A DNA stretch of 64,000 nt, taken from assembly GCA_051306435.1 (NCBI GenBank), contig JBPPNF010000052.1, forward strand, positions 4,906 to 68,905, read 5' to 3'. The notes under the pieces are model-generated. The model was not told where the DNA came from, did not search any database, and was given only the letters and a program-made list of their open reading frames with translations. This document shows positions 30,026 through 41,200 of the stretch, piece by piece (position 1 is the stretch's first letter; every line of letters starts with the position of its first letter). The stretch is from Solirubrobacterales bacterium. Its GTDB lineage: Bacteria > Actinomycetota > Thermoleophilia > Solirubrobacterales > JACPNS01. Made by a program: the position numbers and the translations under genes.

Positions 30026-31114
30026 TCAGGCGAGGCTGGCATAGAGATCGAGCGTGCGGCGGGCGATCGAGCTCCAGGCAAACTCACCCTCGGCCAGCGA
30101 AGCGGCGGCGGCCCCGAGCCGCTCGCGCGCCTGCGCGTCGCCGAGCAACTCGCTCAGACCCCGCGCGATCGCGGTCAGATCGTCCGGCGCGACAGCGAGG
30201 GCGGCGCCGTGATCATCGGCGATCTCGGTGAATCCCCCGACGCGCGTCAACAGCAGCGGTTTGCCGAACGCGAGCGCCGTGAAGAGCACGCCCGACTGAT
30301 CGATCTGACGATACGGCAGCGCGACCACATCGGCGCGCTCGAAGTATGCGCCGAGTTCGTCGTCGCCGATGAAGCGCTCGATCCAGCGCACGCGGTCGGC
30401 GATCCCGAGATCGCTCGCGAGTGTCTTCAGGACATCGGTGTCCATCCGCGCGGCGCCGGCGAGCCAGAGCTCGGCGTCGGGGTCTGCCGCGGCGAAGCCT
30501 TCGAGCATCAGGTCGATCCCCTTGTAGGGACGCATCAGGCCGAACTGCAGCACGACGGGCTTCTCGACCGCGGCGAACTCGGGCGGGAGCGGCTTCGGAT
30601 TCGGGACCCTGGTCAGGTGCTCGAAGACTCCGTGCGGGATCACATGGACTTTCGCGGCCTCCACATCAAGTGCCTCGATCAGAACATCGCGGCCGTGGCG
30701 GCTGTGCACGACGACCGCGTCCACAGAGTTGTAGGTCTTGCCGAGCGCGCCGAGCTGACCGGGGCGCGGCTCGCGCGGGATCACGTCGTGGGCGGTCAGC
30801 ACCGTCGGCCCGGGCGGCAGCAGGTGGCGATCGATCGCCTGGATCGGCAGCCACTGGAAGTGCGTCACGTCGGCCTTCGGAAGGCGCCGCAGGCGCAGCA
30901 TGTCCAGCGGGTGCTGGGCGAGCTTGACCGGCAGCGGTCCCCCGACGCGGTAGAAATGGTCGTTCAGCTTGTACCCGTCCGGCTCTGGGCGCGGGCCGTG
31001 GCGGAACGCCGAGGTGACGAGTTCCACGTCGGCCCCGGCGGCCGCGAGCGCCGCGCAGAGCGCGTGGTCATAGGGCGGCGTGTAGGCGGGCGGATCGGCG
31101 ACTCGGACGCGCAT
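30026..31114 (-). CDS. Glycosyltransferase family 4
   Basis: TAHD, VIPHG, FGLMRPYKG, LPYRQIDQSG. Confidence 0.92.
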   Translation of the reverse strand: MRVRVADPPAYTPPYDHALCAALAAAGADVELVTSAFRHGPRPEPDGYKLNDHFYRVGGPLPVKLAQHPLDMLRLRRLPKADVTHFQWLPIQAIDRHLLPPGPTVLTAHDVIPREPRPGQLGALGKTYNSVDAVVVHSRHGRDVLIEALDVEAAKVHVIPHGVFEHLTRVPNPKPLPPEFAAVEKPVVLQFGLMRPYKGIDLMLEGFAAADPDAELWLAGAARMDTDVLKTLASDLGIADRVRWIERFIGDDELGAYFERADVVALPYRQIDQSGVLFTALAFGKPLLLTRVGGFTEIADDHGAALAVAPDDLTAIARGLSELLGDAQARERLGAAAASLAEGEFAWSSIARRTLDLYASLA

Positions 31115-31160
31115 CGGGGGATTATCGCTTGGCGGGCGGGCGGCCGGTACGCTCGCGGCC

Positions 31161-32084
31161 GTGGATCTGTCGTACTGCATCGTCAACACCAACGGCGGCG
31201 AGCTGCTGAGGAAGTGCCTCGACGCAATCGAGCGGTGGACGCCGGAGGGCGTTTCCTACGAGACGCTGCTGCTTGACAACGCGTCTGACGACGGATCGCC
31301 CGAGCACGCCGCCGGGCGTGATCACGTGCGGCTGATCCAGTTGACTCGCCGGACCGGCAAGGCTGCGAACGATTCGCAGTTGTTGCGCGAGGCGCAGGGT
31401 GAGTTTGCGTTGCTGCTGAACGAGGATTCCGAGATCACTGAGGGCGCAGTCGGCGAATTGCTCGAGGCGCTTCACGCGGATCCCGATGCGGCCGCCGCAG
31501 GTGCGTTGCTGATGAACGGCGACGGGGTCGCTCAACCCTGCGCATGGAAGTTCACCACCGTCGGCACCGCCCTGGCCGGCGCGTTCTGGCTGCATCGCGT
31601 CTTCACGGTTCAGAGCGGTGGATCGCAGACGCGTCGCGTGGACTGGGCGCAGTCGGCAGCGCTGCTGCTGCGCACCGCGCGCGCCAATGCGATCGGGAAT
31701 CTCGATGAGGACTTCTTCGTCTACGGCGACGAGGTCGATCTGTGCAAGCGCCTTGCCAATGCCGGCGGACACACGCTCTACGTGCCCGGCGCGAGGGTCT
31801 TTCATCGTGAGGGCCTCTCCCACGGCGACTCGGCCAAGCGCCGCATCGTCGAGTTTCATCGCGGGCGCGATCTCTACATGAAGAAGCATCACGGCGTCGT
31901 GCCGGCTGCGCTCGTTCGCGTGCTCGTCGCGATCACCTACCTCGAGCGGGCGCTCGTCTCATTGATCGTGCGCAGGCACGAGCCCAAGCGCTTCCTCTGG
32001 CACGCGCGCGCGGCGATCCAGCCGTTCCGTGGCGAGGGCCTGCGCGAATCTGCGGCCGCATGGAACAAAGCGCGCGGCGTCTGA
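31161..32084 (+). CDS. Glycosyltransferase family 2 (WbbL-like)
   Basis: DNASDDGS, LLNED, DEDFFVYGDEVDLCKR. Confidence 0.92.
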   Translation: MDLSYCIVNTNGGELLRKCLDAIERWTPEGVSYETLLLDNASDDGSPEHAAGRDHVRLIQLTRRTGKAANDSQLLREAQGEFALLLNEDSEITEGAVGELLEALHADPDAAAAGALLMNGDGVAQPCAWKFTTVGTALAGAFWLHRVFTVQSGGSQTRRVDWAQSAALLLRTARANAIGNLDEDFFVYGDEVDLCKRLANAGGHTLYVPGARVFHREGLSHGDSAKRRIVEFHRGRDLYMKKHHGVVPAALVRVLVAITYLERALVSLIVRRHEPKRFLWHARAAIQPFRGEGLRESAAAWNKARGV

Positions 32085-32228
32085 ACGGCCGACGGTCCCT
32101 CGGCATCGCCTGGGCGATCGGCGGCCACATCTTCATCCCGGCCATGCTGATGCTGCTCGCGACCGGGAGCAGTCAGGCCGTCGTGAGTGACCTGCGCAGG
32201 CAGGCCACCTGACTGCTGAAGTCAGCGC

Positions 32229-35200
32229 CTACTTGAAGAACTTGCTGCCGGCCGGCGCAACGTAGTTGTACCGGTAGGCCGTGCCGTCCACGTTCGTGAT
32301 CTCGAACGTGAAAGTCACATTCTTCTTCTGGCACTTCTTCAGGGCAGCCTTGTACTTCTTCGCAGCCTTGTACTTCTTCCTGGTGACAGCAGCGCAGAAG
32401 GTCTTGTAGGACGGCAGCAGGGCGCTCATCTTGGTGTTTATCGAGAGGCTGCGGGCGTTTGCCGGGAAGGTCCTGGCGAACTTCAGGCCGTTGCTTCCGG
32501 AAACCCGGAAGTCCTTCGCGGTGAGCTTGGTCGAGCCAACCCTGCCGGTCAGGTTCTTCAAGTTCTTCTTGTAGGTCTTGGCCAGCTTCTTGTTCTTCGT
32601 CTTCTTCCACTTGATCAGCTTCTTGTTGATCTTCGTGCCCTTCGGGTACGTGACTCGGGCCGACTTGATCGCCTGGCAGTTGGCTGCCGTGGTCAGCGAC
32701 AGCGAGGTGCTGACCTTCTTGTTGCCCCTCTTCTTGGCACCCTTGGTCGAGACCCTGACGACCGGGTTGACACAGGTGTTGACGATTTTCTGGCAGAAGG
32801 CCGTGATGCCGGTGACCGGGCTGTTCTGGCTGACCGACTGTCCGGAGTGGCTGGAGAACGACGAGGCGGCCGAACCGCACTTGCCGTCAGAGCGCAGACC
32901 GAGGATGCCCTTCGGGCCACCCGTGAGGTTCATCGTCAGGTCGCTCCAGATCAGATCCGGCAGGTTCGTGAAGGCGCTCTGGATCTGGCTGGCTCCGCTC
33001 CCGGAGATGAAGCTGTTGGCGCCGCGGATCCGCATGTCGATCGGGGCCGGAATGTCCAACAGGAGGTCCGGCAACGACTGACCAGAGACGCTCTTGGCCA
33101 TGTAGACCGTTCCGGTCACCGGCGTGGTGAGCAGCGGCGTGTCGACCGAGACCGTTCCGATCTTCGAGCTTGCCGGGCAGGCACGCGCGTTGACGAGATC
33201 CACCGGGCAGGCGTCTGCGATTCCCGCGACGTTCACGGTCATGACCGACGGCAGGACCACGGTCGTCGACTTCAGCGTCGAGTCGCCGTTTTCGGTGTGC
33301 ATCTTGATCGTCCATGACGGTGCGATGCGGTCGTCACCGGCGCTGGTCGCCGCGAAGGCGATCGAGGGGCTGAACATGCGCGACGGGCAACCGGTTGCCT
33401 GGTAGCCGTCGCTGTCCGAAGCCGGCGCGCCGTTGTACGGCGTCAGCGTCGTCACGACGCTGAACGGCGAGCAGTCGGATGCGTTGTAGAGGAACGGCTT
33501 CTGCGTTGCCTGTGCGATACCCGGAAGCGAGATGTCCAAGTTCTGGATGTGCGTCGGGACGCCCTTGAACATCTTCGGCACGTCGACGAAGTTCGCGGTG
33601 ATCCCGTGGTCGGTCGGGCGGATCTGGATACGACCCTGGGTGATGTAGTCGCCGAGGTCGTACGGACCGGCCTTCGCGGGCACCTTGATCGACATGCCGG
33701 CGATGTCGCCGCCCACGCCCTCGGTCAGGTAGACCTTTCCGGGCATCGTCAGCGTCTGGCCGTACTGACCGATCTTGGCGATCACGTCGCCGACCTTGCT
33801 GATGTCGGTACAGGTACCAGCCGCTGCATTGGTCAGCGGGCAGAGCGGCACCGCAGCGGCGCTACCGAGGAAGCCGGCCGGGAGCTGCATGCTGACGTTC
33901 CTGATGTCTTCCTGCGCGTCACCACGCGAAATCGTGAACTCAGCGTTCGGGTGACCGCCGGACGTCAGCGGGCTGATGTCCGAGGTCGAGGTCGGCGTGA
34001 AGGTCTTCGCAACCGCCGCATCGATCGGAAGCGTCGAGCTGCGGATCACGTTGGCGGTGCCGGAGTGCGGCGTCATGTCGGCGGCGGCCTCGACCGTGCT
34101 GGCAGAACCGACGACGCCCTCCGGGTTGAGCAGCAGCGGGAAGTAGGTTGTCGTCGATGCGACAACCTTCTTGTAACCGGTCAGCTCGACGCGGAAGTCG
34201 GTGAACGGGATGTCCGGCAGGCCCGCGAAGCGGGTCGTGATCTCGCCGGTCGTCTCGTTGACGCGGGCGATTCCGCGGATCGTGATCAGGGTCTTGCCCG
34301 AGAGCTGGATAGTCAACTTGTAGCGGTCTGATCCGTCGCTTGCCGTACCCGGAGTCTCCAGGTAGACCGCGCCCCAGAGGGAGTGCGAGCCTGGGCCGTC
34401 CGGGCTGGTCTGGTCCTTCGGCAGCAGCGACGTGTCGATCCAGGCCGTACCGACGCGCGAGGCCTCCGGGCAGGTCTGGGAGTCGAGCTGCGCCGCCGAG
34501 CAGGCTGCGAGGCCGTTGGCGGCCGGCGCTGAGAGGCGGAAGCCCGGAAGTGCGAGCTCGAGTTCCTTCAGCGTCGCCTGCGTGGCGAGGCTCTCGTCCT
34601 GGTGGATCAGCACGTGCAGGCCCGTCGGGTGCTCGGCGCCGTGGCCGACTTCCGGCGCGACCGCCTGGTTCTCGATCGTCACCGTGTTGGCGTTGAGGTT
34701 GAGGTTCTCGCAGCCGGTGAACTTGTACTCCAGTTGTGAGTCCGCGTTCTTCGTCGTCGGGTTGCTGTCGTCCTTGTCGAAGACCGAGGTGACCACGGCG
34801 CGGATGTGCAGATAGTCGCCGCATGAGCGCGGGTTGCTCATGAAGATCTTCTCGTCGGGCGTGCCCTCGTTGGCCTTGCCGACAAGCGTGATCTGCATCT
34901 GGCTGATGCGCACCGGGATGCCTTCGAAGACCTGCGGCATGTCGCCGGTCTCCGCGAAGAGGCTGTAGTCGTTGCTGTCGAGGTTGACGTCGACCGGGAC
35001 GATCACCTTGCCGAAGGCGAACGGTCCGACGCTGACGTCAGCGATGAAGGTGAACTTGGCCGGGCGGTTGCTCGGCGCGACGGTGTTGTAGAGGCCACCG
35101 CTGATCTCGTAGGTGTCGGACGAGTCGCCGATCTTCAGCGTGACCGTGCCGATCTGGCTGCCCGGTTCAGTCGATCCGCAGTTGCCGGCATCGGCGTCTG

Positions 35201-38200
35201 CCTGGAGGCAGGTCGGCGCGGCGTCAGCGGAGCCGACAAGGCCCGGCGGCAGCAGGATCTTCACGCGCTTGATCGACTTGTCGGAGTTCGGACGGTTGAC
35301 CGTCATCGTGACCGGCTTGCTTGCGCCGGCGACGTACTCGGACTCTGCGCCGGTACCGATCTGGCTCGACAGATAGCCGGACTGGTCGGCGGACTCCGTC
35401 TGACTGCAGTTGGCGACAACGTCGGTCGTCGTGAAGTCAGTGTGTGCATTGATCGAGTCGGTCGGACGCGCCCACGGGGACATGTCTGCATTGATGCGGA
35501 ACGTGCCACAGGTGTTCGGGTTGGTGAGCAGTGCGTGCTCGCCAGCGCCGGTCGTCTTGAAGCTCAGCGTCAGGTTGCTGAACTGCAGGTCCGGCAGGTT
35601 GTCGAACGTGGCGATGACCTGGCCGTCGCCGGTGTTGACTGCTCCGGTGCCGCCGGTAGGGACGTCAGACGAGCCGTCAACGGTGACGCTGCCAGCCGTG
35701 TAGAGGTCGCCCGAGCCGGGCAGGTCCACGAAGAGACCGAGGCGGTAACGCGTTGAAGCCTGGTTGCCGACTGGCGGCAAGAGGTAGAGCGCGCCGGTCT
35801 GCGTGGTCGGCAGCAGCGGCGTGTCGAGCGCGACCTCGCCGAGCCTTGAGCTCGACGGGCAGCCTGATCCGCCGGCCTCCACCGTTGCATCGGCGCAGGT
35901 CATGCCGGCGCCGTAGTTGCCCACACCCGGGTTGATGCTCATGCCCTCGGGGAAGGCCGTGACGATCTTCTTGGTCGAGGACGAGTTGCCGCTGAACTGG
36001 AAGCCGAGGTCGAGTCCGACCGGCTTGCCGCGTTGCGTCGTGGACAGTGACGCGGTGATCGCCGGGTTGTACGGCGCGTTGGCGCAGTTCACGGTCGTGA
36101 AGTCGCCGCCGGGCGAGCCGACGGTGACCGCATTGCCGAGCGTCGAAACCATCGTCGCCGAAAGCGTGTGGCTGGTGCACTGCGACGGGTTGATCATGAA
36201 CGGCTTGTCGTCGGCGGTGTTGCCCGGCGTGCCCTGGTCGGCCATGCCGTCGAGCTGGATCTGCAGCTGGCGGACACGGACCGGGACACCCTCGTAGTAC
36301 CTCGGCAGCACGGTGTGCGCGTCGATCGAGAGGTCGCTCGCCTGGGCGCCGGTGACAATCTGAGTCGTGACCGGGAGGCTGAGCTTGCCGAGGTCGTACG
36401 GGCCGACAGTGACGGGAATGACGACCGCCAGGCGCGCAGGCTCGGACGCATCCGGGATCACGTTGTAGAGCGTGCCGTTCATCGTCAGGGTGTCCGTCCC
36501 GGCACCGATCTGCGTGGTGACCGTTCCGACGGCGCTGTCCGCGGCACACGTGCCGGCGATGGCGTCGGCCTGCGAGCAGCGGGGCGTCAGGACCGTGTTG
36601 GCCACGAGACCCGGCGGGAGGTGCAGGTCGAAGTCGCGGATCTGCTGCGTGTAGTCGCTGCGGCCCACTGTGATCGTGACTTCCGGGTTGGCCGCAGCAT
36701 CGAGCGTGCTGAAGCTCGCACCGAAGCTCGGGTTGAACGGTTCAGAGGCCTGCGATCCGCTGCCGCCGTAGACGGTGTTGAAGGTGCCGTCGGCCGTGAT
36801 CGTCGATCCGCCGGACTGCGGGGTGATCTCAGCGGACACCGTCTGCGTACCTTCGGTTTCGGCGTTGGTGAACAGCGCCTGCGGGCCGCCGTTGAAGGCG
36901 ATCTTCAGCTGGGTGAAGCCGAGGTCCGGAATCGACGGGAAGGTCGCGACGACGCGGCCGGTCGGGCTGCCGCCGTCGGTTGCTCCGAGCCCGCCGGCGA
37001 TGTCCGACGAGCCGTTCACCGCAGCGCTGCCGCGGACGATCAGTTTGGTGCCGGGCAGGTCCACGACCAGCGCCAGCTTGTAGCGGGTTGCGGCAGTGCT
37101 GCCCGGAGTCTCCAGGTAGACGTAGCCGGTCTTTGTTCCGGGCAGGAGCGGCGTGATCAGCTCGACGCTGCCGATACGGCTGCCGAGCGGACAGGCGTCG
37201 GCGTTGCTGTCGATCTGGCTCGTCGAGCAGGCGTCGAGGCCGCCGTTGGCGTTGGCCACTGCCGGGTTCAAGGTCATGCCCAGCGGCATCGTCGTGACGA
37301 CGCTGCCGACGTTCGGGTTGCTGGCCGACGAGTCGATCTGCAGCGTCATGCCCGTCGGGACGGCCGTGGTGCCGGCCGTGCCGGAGATCGTCAGCGTCGG
37401 GTCCGGCGAGAAGTCAACCGGGCAACCCGTGACCGGGTAGTTCACGCTGCGCGCGGCGGTGCTGCCGGTCAGCGGCACGAGGTCTGCACGCAGCGGGTTG
37501 GTCGATCCGACGGCGTCACACTTGCTCGGGTTCTTGATGAAGCCCTTGTCGTCTGCGCCCGGGCCGTTGCCCTGATCGACGATGCCCTTCAGCGTTATCG
37601 ACATTTCGGCGAGGCGCACGTTGATGCCCTCGTACCTGGTCGGAATCAACGTCGTGGCGTCCACGCCGTAGTCACTGCTGCGCAGGCTCGTCGGGACCGG
37701 GATCGTCAGCTTGCCGAGGTCGTACGGACCAACCAGAACCGGGACGATCACAGCCATACGGGCCGGCTCGTCGGAGTTCGGAGTGACGTTGTGGATCGTG
37801 CCCGGCAGGTCCATCGTCTCGGCACCGGTTCCCAGCTTGGTGACGACGGATCCGACCTGGCTTGCGGCGGTGCAGGTCGCGGCTGCGGCCTGGGCCTGCG
37901 AGCAGGTGGTGTTGGTCGCCGTGGTGTCAGCGACGAGGCCGACCGGCAGCTTCAGGTTGAAGTTGCGCAGGTACTCGTTCTTGGCGCCGGCCGTGACCGC
38001 GAGGGTCAGGTCGGTGTTGGCGCCGCTGACCGTGCTGGCGGGCGTTGCGGTGAAGGTCGGGTTGAACGGCTTGCTCGCCGAGCAGCCCAGCGTATTGCTG
38101 AGGCTGAACGTGGAGTTGACGAGCGCGTCCGCCCCACCGGAGCTCGGCGTGATCGTCGAGTTGGTGGTCTGCGTGCCGCAGGTGTCGGGGTTGGTCAGCA

Positions 38201-41200
38201 GGGCGCGGTTGCCGGTGTTGAAGTTGATCACCATCTGCGTGAACTGCAGGTCGGGGATCGTGTCGAAGTCCGTCGTGATGCGGCCGGTGCCGGTGTCGGT
38301 GGCGCCAAGGCCTGCCGTGATGTCCGATGAGCCGTTGACCAGCACCTTGCCGCGCAGGATCATGTCCGTGCCCGGGAGGTGGACGACGATCGCCAGCTTG
38401 TAGCGCGTGGCGCCCGTTGCGCCCGGGTCCTCGAGGTAGACGCTTCCGGTCTGGGCTGCGCCCAGCAGCGGAGTGTTCAGCGTGACCGTGCCCTGGTTGG
38501 AGCTGGCCGGGCAGCCTGAGCCACCGGCGTTGATCAGCGCCGTCGAGCACGTCGCGAGTCCGTTGCCGGCGTTCGCGTTGATCGACATGTCATCCGGCAG
38601 CGCCAGCTGGAAGCGGCTGATCGTGGAGTTCTGCGGGTCGGATCCGATCGTCACGCCGAGACCCGTCGGGACGGTCGTGTCGCTCGGGGTGCTCGTGACA
38701 TCGACGGTCGGCGCGGCCGTGAAGTTGCGCGGGCAGCCCGTCGTGGTGAAGCTTGAGGTGCGTGTCGCCGCAGAGCCGGTGTCAGAGATCATGTCGGCCG
38801 TGACCGTGTTGTTCTGGCACCTGCTCGGAACGCTGACGAACGGCTTGCCGGTCGACGGCGCGATTCCCATCAGCGAGACGTCGAGCTTCCTGATGCGGAC
38901 GGCGATGCCCTCGTAACGGCGTGGGATCGTGGTCGTCGTGCTGACCGAAAGGTCGGGGTTCAGCTGTGTGCCGATCGGGATCATCAGCTTGCCGAGGTTG
39001 TACGGACCAACCTGGACGTCGGTGATCGCGGCCAGGCGCGCGGGCTCCGAGGCGTTCGGCGTGACGTTGTAGATCTGTCCGGCGAGCTCGAGGTTGTTGG
39101 CGTCTGCGGTGCCGTTTCCGATGAAGGCGTCGAAGACACCGACGAGGTTGTCGCTCGAGCAGTTTCCTGCGGCGGCGTCTGCCTGCGAGCAGTGCGTGGT
39201 GGCCGTGGTGGCGGCGACCAGACCGACCGGCAGGTCGAGGTTCAGCTCGCGCAGGTAGCGCTGGTTCAGGGCGTTGGTGCCGTTCGGACGGTCAACGTGG
39301 AAGTTGAGATCCGGGTGACCGCTGGCTGCGGTGGAGCTGCTTCCGTCGACGCTGACGCTGAAGTTCGGGCTGAACGAGTCGCTGCAACCGGCCGGCGTCG
39401 TCGTGTACGCGGCCGTCGGAGCGGCGTTCGTGCCGCCGGAGCTCGGCGTCATCGTTGTCGTGAACGTGTTGGACGAGCAGGTCTGCGGGTTGACCAACAT
39501 CGGGTTCGCGGAGCTGAACGCCATGTTCAGGTCAGTGAATCCGAGGTCCGGGATCGTGTCGAAGTCGGCGATGATCTGGCCGGTGCCCGAGTCGACCGCT
39601 CCGGTGCCACCGGTCGGAATCGTGGAGGAACCGTCGATCGAGACCTTGCCGTGGACGACGAGCTTGGCGCCCGGCAGGTCGACGACCATTGCGATCTTGT
39701 AACGCGTGCTCGCCGTGTTGCCCGGAGTCTCGAGGTAGACCTTGCCGGTGTAGGACGTGGTCGGGTCGAGCAGCTGGGTCTTCAGGCTGACGCTGCCGAT
39801 CTGCGAGCTGGCCGGGCAGGTCGATCCGCCGGCGTCGATCGAGACGCTCGAGCATGCGGTCAGGTTGTTGGCAAAGCCCGGGTTGATCTCCATGCCCAGC
39901 GGCATCGCCACCTGGACGCGGCCGATCGTCGGGTTGTTCGCCGCTGACGTGATCTGGAAGGCGAGGTTGACGGGGGCGGTGCGGGTGAACGTGTCCGGCG
40001 TGACCGCGAAGGCCGGCGACGTCGCGAAGTTGGTCGGGCAGCCGGTGACGTTGATCGCCGACGTCAGCGTCGAGCTGTTGCTCGTGTCAGAGATCATCGT
40101 GGCTTCGATGTTGCTGGAGCCACACTTGCTCGGGGCGACCATGAAGCGGTTGCCGTTGGGCATGCCCTGGATCGCCATCTGCATGGCGCGAACGCGGACG
40201 GCGATTCCTTCGAAGCGGCTCGGCAGTGATGCGCTGGCCGTGACGGTGAGGTCGGAGTTCAGTGTGGTCGGGACCGGGACGCTCAGCTTGCCGAGGTCGA
40301 ACGGTCCGACCATGACCGGCACGACCGCCTGCAGGCGGGCGGGCTGGTCGGCGTTCGGAATCACGTTGTAGATCGAGCCGGTGACGGTGTAGTCCTCGGC
40401 AACGGTGTCGCTGGATCCGAGGGTCGTGGTGACCGTTCCGACGAGGTTGCCGGCGGCGCAGTTGCCCGCGTCGGCGTTGGCCTGGCTGCAGCGCGGTACG
40501 CCCGTCGTGTTGGCGACGAGACCGACCGGCAGCTTGATGTCGAAGCTCTTGAGCTCCTGCATGCCCAGCGGGTTGCCGACGTTGAGCGTCAGGTTCGGGT
40601 TGGACGCCGAGGTGCTCGGTGCGAGCGCGGCGCTGAAGGTCGGGTTGAAACCGGTGACCGCCGTGGTGCCGCCCGAGGTCGTGAAGGTCGCGTTCGCGGT
40701 GCGCGTGGTCGCGACCGAGTTCGGCGTCAGCGTGCCGTTCACCGTGAAGGTGGCGGCGGTCTTCGGGTTCACGAACAGCATGTTCGCGCTGTTGAAGGCG
40801 ATCTGCAACGCCGTGAAGCCGAGGTCCGGGATGCCCGGGAAGTCCGCGGTGATCTGACCGGTCGCCGTGCCGGAGGGGTCGGTCGATCCGAGTCCACCGC
40901 CGGCGATCGTCGTCGAGCCGTTGACGAGCGTGCCGCCGTGGATGACCAGGTCCCTGCCCGGCAGGTGGATGACCAGCGCGAGCTTGTAGCGCGTGGCTGC
41001 GGTTGTGCCCGGCGTCTCGAGGTAGATCTCACCAGTCTGCGTGCCGGGCAGCAGCGGCGTCGTGAGCGTGACCGCCGCAAGGTTCGAACTGGTCAGCTTG
41101 CACGGGTTGCTGCTGGATGCGTCGGTGTCGATCGTCGAGCAGGCGACGAGGCCGTTGCCGACGGCGGGGTTCAGTTCCATGCCGGCCGGAAACGCGATCT

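Noticed and set aside
32085-32212. Short hydrophobic reading frame after the GT2 gene
   Set aside because: No clear start and about 40 codons; cannot be supported as a gene
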